A stretch of DNA of 64,000 nt from Camelus ferus (Eukaryota), in NCBI RefSeq assembly GCF_009834535.1, contig NC_045696.1, positions 29,514,001 to 29,578,000 on the forward strand, given 5' to 3'. The position numbers and the translations under genes are program-made. Every line of letters begins with the position of its first letter. Positions within the stretch are counted from its first letter, which is position 1. Under the pieces are notes generated by a model, which was given only the letters and a program-made list of their open reading frames with translations, did not search any database and was not told the origin of the DNA. Positions 52,701 to 64,000 of the stretch are shown in pieces.

Positions 52701-55671
52701 TCTCACTCCCCTGCCCCCCACCAACTCCAAAGTATCACTCAAAGCCAAGAAACTTTAAAGTCAGATTTCATCCAGACACAGCAACAAATAATTATAGCCC
52801 ACACTTTTCTCTGCCCCCCAAATTAGTTTATAATTTTTGTTCCCTAGGTATTTTGAGGTTTTGCTGTCTCTTGTTATTTTTCCTATTTTGATATATTAGT
52901 GAAGTTCACAAGATTTTGGCTGTATCACAAGAAGCTCATGGAACTTGTAGCAATGTGCCAGTTCACTAGCCATTTTAACTTGCCTTTGTTAGGGCCCTCT
53001 TGCTCACAAATGCTTTTTTAAAAGTATTAATTACCATCACAATTCATTTCATTGCTAATATTGTTGATTACTAATGGTCAAACCTACTTTGGAAAGACTT
53101 ATAATATGAGAATACTTTAATGCAGTTGTTAGAGACTGTAAACATATAAACTGCTCACAACAGAGCCTCAAAGAGCTCAAATTTGGCACCCGACTTATCA
53201 TTAACATAAATATGTCACTCAAATTCATTTGCAGTCAGTTACATGAGGGATAAATGAAGAAAAAAGAGTATAAAAAATTAATAAAGAGGTAAAATGTCAG
53301 CAGAGAATGAATAGGCATATACACAAACATAAAGATCCAGAAAATAGTGGATATACACAAAAATTAGTATTGTTTTGAAGTATAAATTCTTCTTATCATA
53401 ATCTGCTGATTTTTTCCAACTGTTATGATGTCCCATGTTACATATCTGGCCCACTGGCTCCAAATGTGCCTTCTTTTCACTGGAGCAACAGCAATACTAA
53501 GCCAGCAAGAGCAAGTCTGTACATGATCCTTCCCCATCTTTCCATCACCATCCGAGGATGTTAATAGCTTGACCTTTGATATAGCACGTGAATCAAAGAA
53601 TAATTTCAAAGATCCTTTGTTTCATAGACACTTGTTAGTCTTTGATAACAGTTTATTTTATGAAAACTGTGTCCCTTTTAAAGATGAAAGGAGGAATATC
53701 TAGTTGAAGACAAATGCATTTTTGTGAATATTTGCAACATTTACAGATAAAAGGCCTACATTTGCTTCTCATAATTCATAAACACTTCATAAGGAAAGGC
53801 CTCTTTGAAGGTTTATGATCAGATTGAAACAAGAAAGAAAATGTGATTTTGATTAATCAGGGTCGCCCATACATTTATACCATGATTTTTAAGAGACAAA
53901 AGTTTGAAAGTGGCCCAGCAACCTCTGAAGGGCTGTCATCACAATGGCTGACTGAAGAAAAATAAAACAGCTCTCCAAACCTCCGATGCGTCTTGATTAA
54001 CACTTGTGACCGCAGGTGGCTCCTCCTGAAAAGAAATGCACCACTTTCCTCTTTGGCAGTGACAGCTGTGTTCCACCATGGGCCAGAGGTGACCAGGGGC
54101 TTTCCAGTTCAGTTTTATATTTCTGAAGAACTAGACTGAGGGCATTGACAAGTTCCCAATTAAAAACATAAACGTAGTCTCCTTTCCCTCCTTTAACATA
54201 GATTTCCATTCACTAAGTATAGCGGGAGATTTAATCCAGTGACCTTCTTTAGGAATCCAATTTAAATTTAAATGATAGATTTTAAGATTTTTGACTAGAT
54301 ATATATTGAGGCTTAAAAAAAAACAGTAACCTTCACAACATACTCGAGGAAGAATAAATGAGGTTAAGACAAACAAAAAAAGAGAAAAGAAAAAAAACCA
54401 ATGTCACTAAAGAGTGAGTGATTTTTCCCCCTATTACCTTGTATACACATCATTTACAAGTCTAGAAGACAAAACAGAACCAAATCTTGATAAACTAGGA
54501 GTATTTTGACAAAACTGCACTTCTGAGGTATAAAATCAATAGAAAACAACAGGATACAATGCATCTGTATACTGGGCAATGGCTAAGAAATTTCTGACTA
54601 AAATGTAATATATAGTCAGAACCCATCTGGTATATTACATTTAGAATTCCAAATTTAAGAAGGAGATAGACAAACTCAAGTTTGCTAATAAATAAAAACT
54701 CAAAACAGTGTAATGCAATAGGAAAAACAATTGGGGAGAAAATGGAAACACAAACTCTGGAAACAGAAACAGCCCCAGGGTTTAATACTCAAAGGCACGA
54801 TATGTAGAAAAGTGATTGGATCTGTTTTGTGAGTGTCCATGGGTTACAAATTGGTAGACAGATTTTTAATTCAATATAACAAAGACTTTTTTAATGGAGA
54901 GACCTGTCCAAATATGGAATGGGCTACCCCAAGAGATGGGTTTCACACTAGTGAAGACATCTAAGGAAAAGCAGAATCAGGGATGCTGAAGAAAAGATTA
55001 AAGATTAAACCATGTTATTGAGGTCTCTTCAAAGTCTTGAGTCTATCAATTTTCTAGGAAGAGAAATGTGTACAATGAGACAGCTCCCAGATTGATAGAG
55101 AGCCTCTCAGAGTGAAATAATTACTAACATACAACAAATAATATTAGCTAGCAACAGAAACAAATGTAAATAAGATATAGTTTATAAGTGCTTCTTTGAT
55201 GATCAGTTAGGGAATAATACCCAAGTACAATCAAGGTGACAAGTTTGAATTGTCAAAACCAAGATGCACTGAAGGAATCTGAGTAAAACCTCAAGAAAAA
55301 TAATATACTGAGAAAAGAACAATGGTCTGTGTTATGCCTAGTAAGAGCAAACATTATTACTAATCTTAATAATATGCATTCATCAGTACTAATACAGCAC
55401 TGATAAGAAGATACAAACACTAGTTGGTAAACCCAAACATTCCATTTATTACAGGAGTAGTGGCACCTGTTAGGCACGAATGGTCCATAAAATGTTTACT
55501 TTACCAAGATTATGTATCTTCTAAGACCATGCAACATTTATAGTGTTAATTATATGCTCATTTAAAAATCCTTAAAATTACTTATTTGAATTCAAACTCT
55601 TGGGAACAAAACAAAGGTGACTTGCTTACTAAACCCAAGGATCCCAACTAGCTTTTAAGGCATATACACCA

Positions 55672-55810
55672 GTGGGCAGGGTAGAGCTCAAGTGGTAGAG
55701 CACATGCCTAGCACACCTGAGGTCCTGGGTTCAATCCCCAGTACCTCCACTGAAAAATCAAATCAATAAATAAGTCTAATTACCTCCCCCCTGCAAAAAA
55801 TTAAAAAATT
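55672..55810 (+). mobile_element. Camelid-type tRNA-derived SINE with 15-bp TSD
   Basis: GGGCAGGGTAGAGCTCAAGTGGTAGAG...GGTTCAATCCCCAGTACCTCC. TSD AAGGCATATACACCA (55657-71) / AAGGCATATACTCCA (55811-25) at a TT|AA site. Confidence 0.92.
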
Positions 55811-57177
55811 AAGGCATATACTCCAACTAATGTTATTAGGCAGTATTTTTTTATATATTTCTTTTTTATATATTTCTTTTATATCCTTTCTCTTATGAAT
55901 TTATTGTGAGTGTGACACCTATGGCTCAAACTAACCTAGGGGGAAATATTTCTGAAATCTAAAGTTGAGGATCAGCTCTGAGCCACAGTGATTTTAGTTA
56001 GCACTGATGTTCTAAGACTGCATGAGCAGCGGATGTCCTGATTTGACTAAATTTAAACAAGTTACTTTTAAAAAATTGATCTGAAAAGTTATTACCGATG
56101 TCAATATGCTTTTGAAAATGAAGACTATTGTCAAATGCCCATGAGAGGTAATACTTAAGTAACTATCAACGTTCTCATATATTTTCTTTGAACCATTTTG
56201 TTTCTTATGTGAAAAAGGATTTTTAAAAGTTTACTGAAACTTTTGATTTTGAGATAATTGTAGATTACCATGCAGTTGCAAGAAATAATACAGAGAGATC
56301 GTGTGTATACTTTACTTGGTTTCCCCAAATGGTAATATACCATTGAAAAGCTATGGTACAACATTCAAGCCAAGGTACTGGCATTGATATGGTCAAGATA
56401 CACAAGTACATCACCAGTAGCTCTCCTGATGCCCTTTTATAACCACACCCACTTTCCTCTTGCCTTCTCACCACTATCCTTAATCCCTGGTGACCACTAA
56501 TTAGTTCTGTTTTTTTATTTTGTCATCACAAGAATGATACATAAGAGTAATTGAACCATATCTATGTCCTTTTTTGAGACAGGCTTTTTCCTATCAGCAT
56601 AATTCTCTGGGAATTAATCCAAGTTGTTGTGCAAATCAATATAGATACTTTTCATTGCTAAGTAGTACTCCATGGTACCAGTGTACAAAAATTTGTTTAA
56701 CGATTTATCTATTGAAGCACACATGGCTTGCTTCTAGTTATCAGCTATTATGAATAAGCTGCTATGAACATTCATGTAGATGACTTTATGTGAGGAGAAA
56801 GAATTTAAATTCTTTGGGGAAAATACCAAGCATGTGACTGCTGGGCTGTTACGCTGCTTTTACAACCAATCACCCTGTTAACATTTTACATTCCCATCAG
56901 GAATGATCCAGTCTCCCTGCATCGTCACAAGCATTTCGTGTAGTCACTATATTTTATTTTAGTCATTTCAACAGGTGTGGCAATATCTCACTGTAGTTTT
57001 AGTTTGCATTTCTCTAATGACTAACAACATCAATTATATTTTATTTCATCTGCTTATTAGCCCTCTATATATATATTGTTCATGTCTTCTGAACATCTTC
57101 TGTGTTTTTTGTTTTGTGTTTTTGTGTGTATGTTTTTTTCTTTTTTTTAACGTGGAGTTTTGAGGCATCTTTGTATA

Positions 57178-57368
57178 CAGGTGACCCTGAACAACACGGG
57201 TTTGAACTTGTAGGTTCAATAATATGGGGGTATTTTTCAATAGTGAATACTACTGGACTACACAGTCTGTGGTTGGTTGAATCCGCAGATACAGAGTAAA
57301 CTCAGATACCGAAGGCAGACTGTAAGTTATACCCAGATTTAACTCCTGCCTTGTTCAAGCATCAACTG
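57178..57368. mobile_element. Tigger2-derived MITE nested in L1M
   Basis: TA|CAGGTGACCCTGAACAACACGGGTTTGAAC...TTGTTCAAGCATCAACTG|TA. L1 sequence resumes on both sides. Confidence 0.88.
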
Positions 57369-59443
57369 TATTCCAGATTTGAGACCTTTGTTGGATATAT
57401 GGCCTACAAACATCTTTTTCCTTGAAAAAGTCTTGTCCCAGAAAAGTCTGTAGTTTTTCTTTTCATCATCTTAACAAGGTCTTTATATCATAATTAAAAA
57501 AATTCAATTTATAATTTTTCCCTTGCATTGACTGTGCTTTTGGTGTTGAGTTTAAGAACTCTTTGACTACTCCTACACTCTGAACTTTTTTCTAAAAGTT
57601 GCCCAGTTTTACATTTTAGATTATTAGTTCATGATCTATTTTAAGTTAATGCTTACGTAAGGTTTGAAATTTAAGTTGAGGTTAATTTTTTGCCTATGGA
57701 TGTGTAACTGCTCCAACATCATGAGTTGAAAAGGCTTCTTCCATTGAAATGCTTTTCTACTTTTGTCAAAAAATAGTTGGGCATATTTGCGCAGGCCTAT
57801 TTCTGAGTTCTCTATTTTGTTTCATCAATTCGTGTCTACCTCTCCACTGATACCACATAGAATTGATTACTGTAGCTACATATAATAAGTCTTAAAATCA
57901 GAGACTGATTCCTACCACTTTCTCTTTTACAAGACTGTCTTAGCTATTCTAAAATAATTGCTTTGCCTTTCCATATAATTTAAAAATAATCTCTGTCTAT
58001 ATCTATAAAAAAATCTTACTGCAATTGTGAGAGGAATTGTCTTAAACAAACCACTATTTATTTGAGGAAAAATGACATTTTTACTACATTAAGTCTTCTA
58101 ATTTAAGACCACTGTTTGCATCTTCATTTATTTAGATCTTTTCTTCCATTGCTGTTTTGTAGTTTTTAGCATACAGTCTTGTTTATATTTTATTATATTT
58201 AGACCTTATTATTTCTTTTGAGAGAGACAAAAAGGGAGGCAGCAAGGAAGAGAGGAAGTGAAGAGAGGAATGGGGGGCACAATTAAAAATGGCATCCTTT
58301 TTTTATTTTAATGATCACATGTTCATTGCCAGTACACAGATATAACTGATTTTCGTATATTTTTCTTGCATCCTGTAACCTTGTTAAACTTACTTCTTAG
58401 ATGTTGGGATTTTATTATTTGTTTGTTTGAATTCCTTGGGATTTTCTATCTAGGTAATCATATCATCCACAAATAGAGACAATTTTATTTCTTCTATTCC
58501 AACCTTGTGTCCTTTATTTCCCATTTTAGCTTTATTTCATTGGCTGAAACTTACAGCACTATGTTAAATGGAAATGGTGAGAGGACACATCTTTGCCTTG
58601 TTCTCAAACTTAGGGTGAAAGCATTTAGTTTTTAACTATTAAATATATTATTAGATGTGGTTTTTTAGTAGATACTCTTAGTCAAGTTCTGGAAGTCCTC
58701 CTCTATTCCTATTATTCTGAGCTGTTTTATTATAAATGGATATTTAATTTTGTACAATACTTCTTTGGTATCAACAAATATAATGCTAGGCTTTTCCCCC
58801 CTTCTTCAGCCTGTTAATATGATGGGTTATGTTAACTGATTTTTAAATCCTTAACAAGCCTCACATCTCAGGAAAAAACCCTACTTGGTTCTGGTATATA
58901 ATTCTTTTCATGTATCAGTGCATTACATTTGCTAATATTTTGTTAAGAAGCTTTCTGTCTACATTCAAAAGGTATAATGAGTGGTAATTTTCCTTTTATA
59001 ATACGTCTCTATCTCATACTGGTATCAGGGCAATACTGGCTTCATAAAATGAACTGTGATGTGTTCCTTCTTTTCCCATTTTCTGGAAAAGATTGTGTAA
59101 AGTTAGTGTTAATTATTGAAATGTTCTATAGGATTATCCATTGAAAACATCTGTACCTGAAAAAAAAAAGTAAAAACTTTGTATCACTTTTAAACCAGTG
59201 CAGTCAATAGATTTTTAGAACTGGTTTTAGAAGAATTCAAATCAGTGAAACACAGAATGAGATCATCTACATGTTATGTCAAGGTAGGTCAAATGGAAAC
59301 ACTATTTCATACATCCTGGTCTAAAAGTTGAGAGATATGAGATGGAGCCACAATAAAGTATCATGGGGTCATTACTGTCCAAGTGTTTTGTAAATTTTTT
59401 TCCCAATTAAGACAAATAAATATTGACTGTTTTTATCTACTGT

Positions 59444-59648
59444 GGAAGAAAAGAAAGAGAGAGAAAGGAAGGAAGGAAGGAAGCAAGGAAGGAAGGAAGG
59501 AAGGAAGGAAAAAGAAAGAAAGAAAGAAAGAAAGAGAAAAAGGAAAAGGAAAAGGAAAGGAAAGGAAAGGAAAGAAAAGAAAAGAAAAGAGAAGAAAAGA
59601 AAAGAAAGAAAAGAAAGGAAGGAAGGAAGGAAGAAAAGAGAAAGAAAA
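59444..59648. repeat. 205-bp polypurine compound repeat (GGAA/GAAA/GGAAAA/GAAAA)
   Basis: Read directly; the only pyrimidine is C59484. Confidence 0.95.
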
Positions 59649-60413
59649 CATCTGCAGATTTATTATTTGAAACTTAGAAATCAAATTTCATTAATAGTTA
59701 TAGAATATTCAAATTATATACTTCATATGGGGTGAGTTGTGGTAGCGGTTTTTTAGGAACAGATTCATTTCACTGAAGTTGCCAAATTTATGTATGTAAA
59801 TCTGTTCCTAGTATTCCTTTATTATCATTCTCATGTCTGCAGAGTGGCATACCTTAAAAACTAAATAGAAATAAAAATTTTGTTGTATTTATCCATATTT
59901 TTACTCTTTCTACTTTTTTCCTTCCTCACTGATATTCCAGTATTCCTTTTTTTTTTTTTTTTTTTAATAATCTCCTTTCTCAATGGAGGATTTCCCTTAG
60001 CTATTCTTAGATAGGTCTCCTGGCCACAAACTCTCTTAGTTTTTTTTCATCTAAGAATGTTTTAATTTACGCTTCATTCCTGAAGGATATTTTTGCTGAT
60101 TTCTAGTTCATAACCTTGTAATAAATATCTTTATGCACACTGTATTTTTTTTAATATACAGTAGGTTTATAGCCTTAGAATAAAGTACCTTAAATAAAAT
60201 AGCTCAATGATCATGCTGTGGCATTTTTTAACATAAGTGTTGACAAATTGTTTTCCAAAAAGATTGCTGAAAATTATACACCATGAAAAACAGTGCATAG
60301 AAGTAATCCCTATTCTGAGACAGAGGAGGGACTAGTTAACTTCAGAAGACTCTTCCAACTCCAAAGTCCATGATTCCAAATGATACCACTGAGGAGGATC
60401 ATTTATCACGACA

Positions 60414-60956
60414 ATTAGTCAGTGTTCTCCAAAGAAATAGAGCAAACAGGATATACAGAGATAGATATGAGGTGACTTATTACAGAAATTGGCTCATCCA
60501 GTTATAGAGGCAGAGAAGTCCCACAATCTGGCCTGGCCGTCTGTCAGCTGGAGAATCAGGAAAGCAGGGGGTTTACCTCAGTCCAAGGGGAACCGATGAT
60601 GTAACTCATAGTTGGAGGCTTAAGACTTAAGAACCAGGATGCCACTGGTCTAAGTCCCGGAGGTAGGAGAGCCAAGAACTAGGAGCTCCAATGTCCAAAA
60701 GCAGAAAAAGATGGACCTCTCAGCAAAAGAGAGAAAGAGAAAAATTCACCCTTCCCTCACCTTTCTGTTCCACTGGGGTCCTCAACAAATTGGATGATGC
60801 CCACCCACAATGGTGAGGGTGATCTCTTTACTCAGTCTACTGAATCAAATGCTAATCTTTTCCAGAAACACTCATAGACACAACCAGAAATAATTTCTGC
60901 CATCTATTTGGCATCCCTTAGCACAGTCAAGTTGACATAAAGAGTTAACCACCACA
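60414..60956 (-). mobile_element. ERVL solo LTR (MLT2-like)
   Basis: ATTAGTCAGTGTTCTCCAAAGAAA...CTCAGTCTACTGAATCAAATGCTAATCT...GTCAAGTTGACATAAAGAGTTAACCACCACA. Confidence 0.85.
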
Positions 60957-62806
60957 ATAACAAAGAAGAATAAACTCTGAAGAGCAGTGAGAAGTTTCTT
61001 TTGCCTTTGACATTCTTAGTTAATACCTGTTTATTCCCATGCCAGTTCACCTGGGCATTTTTGCTTCACTTCTCTCTCCTGGTCAGAAAGTTCACTGATG
61101 ATATATATCCTACACTGAACTTCCTTTTCTAGAAAGAGATTAGAGATGAGTTTAAGCCATGCTACACTTTACAATAGAGTAAGTCCTTGAGAAAGTAAAA
61201 CTACTTACTTCTATACTTAGTCAAAAAGTTATGACTAGATCCAGAGGTATTGGTGCTCCATTGCTGGTTTTTACCTTTTAATAAAATCACAGGCATTTTG
61301 GGGGCCTGAAAAACTGCTACATGTCTGGAAAGAAACACATTAACTAATGCACTCTTGGACACCTCTGAACCTGTGTATGAGACACTTTTCAAAAAGTGAT
61401 CCTTTAAATTATATCAGAATAATGAGAATATATGGAAAATAATTTTAGTTATCATTTTGCCATATATTGCAAGAAAATGTAATTTTTCATTTCATTAGTT
61501 TTTTTCAAAAGAGATCTCAAGTGGTAAAAGCATTTGTAAGATTGGTATTGACACACTGGTCTCTGCCCTATGAAAACAAGCATAAATAACCATAGTGTGT
61601 AGATGTTCATCATCGTGGCTGAAGTATATCTGTCTATGCCATTAATTCTATAGAAAACATACCCTTCAATATGAACTTGATTCAAATCTATCTTGCAAAT
61701 TTATTTATACATACATCCACATTAAGAAAATCTATAATTTTCCCATTTAAGTTTACACAAAATACAATGGTCTTATGATCTGCTATACCTGCGCATGTGA
61801 AAAAGAGAAATATATATTTGACATAGTGTAAAGGTACAACTATAGGCTATTATACTAATTAATTAAAATCGACAGGTTGTTATTTCTGCATTTTTATAGT
61901 TATATAAAATTGTTTAAAAATCAAAATAGTCATAGTAGTTAATTATATGCCATGATTGATATACGACAGATAGTACGGTGATGAAGTAGAACTTGTAAAT
62001 TATTTAATACTTAATACACATTTCATTGGGGGGTGAGTAAAGTAAGTACTTGACAAAATTATGACTTTATGTGGGATGGAGAAAAATTATAAAGCAAATA
62101 ATTATATACGTAACTGAAAATTATCTGCTAGGTTAGAGACATTCACATTTGAAAATTCTTTAGGGACTTAATTAAAATAAAAAAAGTCATTACTTCTCAA
62201 AAATATGATCAAGAGATTTGATTTTGGTTTTGCGTGTTTATGTTGACATTTTAAAATGCATTTTAACGTGAGGAAGGAAAACATCATTTTATATTTAAAA
62301 TAAAGTTTGTGGGTTTTTTTTTTTCAGTAGGTCTCTTAGAGTAAAACCTTTTCATCATAAGCAAAACAGCATGGTATTAAAATGCCATCATCATTAAAAC
62401 ATAAAAACTTACAAACTGAAGTATTTTCATACCTAGGAAAGAACTGGACTCTATAAATCAGTTGGAATGCTAGAAAACAGGTCATAATTTCCTATTAAGA
62501 CTATTGCTTTAACAAATTACTCAGGGCACAAATAAAATTAAAACTGAATGATATAAATTGTATCGATTAAAATGCCTTTTACTATGAGGCAGCATGGGAG
62601 GATAAAAACATTTTTGAAATAGAAATAATTTTTAACATCAAAACCCAAAGGAAATGGTAGGACATCTTGCATGAAAATATCTCATGAAATGTACAGAATA
62701 TTCTCTCAGGATATATATTTTTATTTTAGGTACAATTCTAATAGTTGATAAGCATTTATTGGAGAGCAAATGCATGTTGTTGTAATCAAGTCAAAAGTCA
62801 GGCCAC

Positions 62807-63478
62807 TCCAGAATATATAAGCAGCTCATACGACTCTATAAGAAAAAAATAAACAACCCAATCCAAAAATGGGCAGAAGACCTAAACAAGCAATTCTCCA
62901 AGGAAGACATACAAATGATCAAAAAGCACATGAAAAAATGCTCAATATCACTAATTATCAGAGAAATGCAAATCAAAACTACAATGAGGTATCACCTCAC
63001 ACCAGTCAGAATGGCCGTCATTCAAAAATCCACAAATGACAAATGCTGGAGAGGCTGTGGAGAAAGGGGAACCCTCCTACACTGCTGGTGGGAATGCAGT
63101 TTGGTGCAGCCACTATGGAAAACAGTGTGGAGATTCCTCAAAAGACTAGGAATAGACTTATCCTATGACCCAGGAATCCCACTCCTGGGCTTGTATCCAG
63201 AAGGAAATCTACTTCAGGATGACACCTGCACCCCAATGTTCATAGCAGCACTATTTACAATAGCCAAAACATGGAAACAGCCTAAATGTCCATCAACAGG
63301 TGACTGGATAAAGAAGAGGTGGTATATTTATACAATGGAATACTACTCAGCCATAAAAACCGACAACATAATGTCATTTGCAGCAACATGGATGCTCCTG
63401 GAGAATGTCATTCTAAGTGAAGTAAGCCAGAAAGAGAAAGAAAAATACCATATGAGATCGCTCATATGTGGAATCTAA
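62807..63478 (+). pseudogene. Uninterrupted C-terminal fragment of L1 ORF2p (223 codons) with the Cys-rich [18 protein letters not shown] motif
   Basis: Frame is open from SRIYKQL...[17 protein letters not shown] through ORF 62915..63478 to the stop. Confidence 0.9.
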
Positions 63479-63800
63479 AAAACAAAAACAAAAACAAACA
63501 AACAAACAAAAACAAAGCGTAAATAAAGGACAGAAATAGACTCACAGACAGAGAATACAGACTTGTGGTTACCAGGGGGGTGGAGGGTGGGAAGGGATAG
63601 ACTGGGATTTCAAAATTGTAGAATAGACTACACTGTATAGCACAGGGAAATATACACAAAATGTTATGATAACTCACAGAGAAAAAAATGTGACAATGAG
63701 TGTGTATATGTCCATGAATAACTGAAAAGTTGTGCTGAACACTGGAATTTGACACAACATTGTAAAATGATTATAAATCAATAAAAAATGTTAAAAAAAA
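62808..63800 (+). mobile_element. Young 5'-truncated L1 with poly(A) and perfect 15-bp TSD
   Basis: TSD AAAAGTCAGGCCACT at 62793-62807 and 63801-63815. AATAAA and A-tail at the 3' end. Confidence 0.96.
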
Positions 63801-64000
63801 AAAAGTCAGGCCACTGAAGAGACATGTCTAGCAGGGAAGACTAATATGGGCAATTTTTTCAATGTAATATATACACACATTATTAGACCTAAATAAGTGC
63901 AGTGTTAAGTAAGACAGGGATGACCAGACTAAGTCTGTTGGAGCAAGATAGGCAAGAGAACATTTAAAGGGTTAGGGACAGGGATGGAGATGGTAGAGAT

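Larger units (their letters stand above)
56235..60100 (-). mobile_element. Old L1M (L1MC-like) element, several kb, interrupted at 57178-57368 and 59160-59643
   Basis: 3' end TTTTGAGATAATTGTAGATT...AGAAATAATACAGAGAGATC, followed by degenerate antisense ORF2 (e.g. ACATCTTTGCCTTGTTCTCAAACTTAGGG). Confidence 0.85.

Noticed and set aside
59383..59735. Lys/Arg/Glu-rich and Phe/Ser/Leu-rich ORFs
   Set aside because: Translations of the polypurine repeat; low complexity.
40058..64000. GBE1 exon 7
   Set aside because: Not found by eye; presumably right of the window.

Overview
AT-rich mammalian genomic DNA, most likely camelid given its tRNA-derived Vic-type SINEs. The window appears to lie wholly inside GBE1 (glycogen branching enzyme 1) on the minus strand. 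Five coding exons are present (human exons 8-12; 116, 128, 99, 111 and 172 bp). All have GT-AG junctions and join in frame, and they encode the GH13 catalytic residues equivalent to human D357, E412 and D481. The rest is intron rich in interspersed repeats (L1, L2, MIR, MaLR/ERV LTRs, Tigger and hAT DNA elements, SINEs, microsatellites). I found no evidence of a new multi-gene system. The best leads are: a TSD-flanked ~0.5 kb retro-insertion of non-repeat sequence resembling an orphan L1 3' transduction (59.1-59.7 kb); a young 5'-truncated L1 with perfect 15-bp TSDs; a 173-bp foreign insert in a Tigger2 MITE; a diverged ~0.6 kb direct duplication enclosing a well-formed antisense exon; and a D->G change in the FSGDY loop of GBE1. 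Repeat family names and human reference residues are from memory and need RepeatMasker/Dfam and alignment confirmation. Boundaries of old repeats are approximate.
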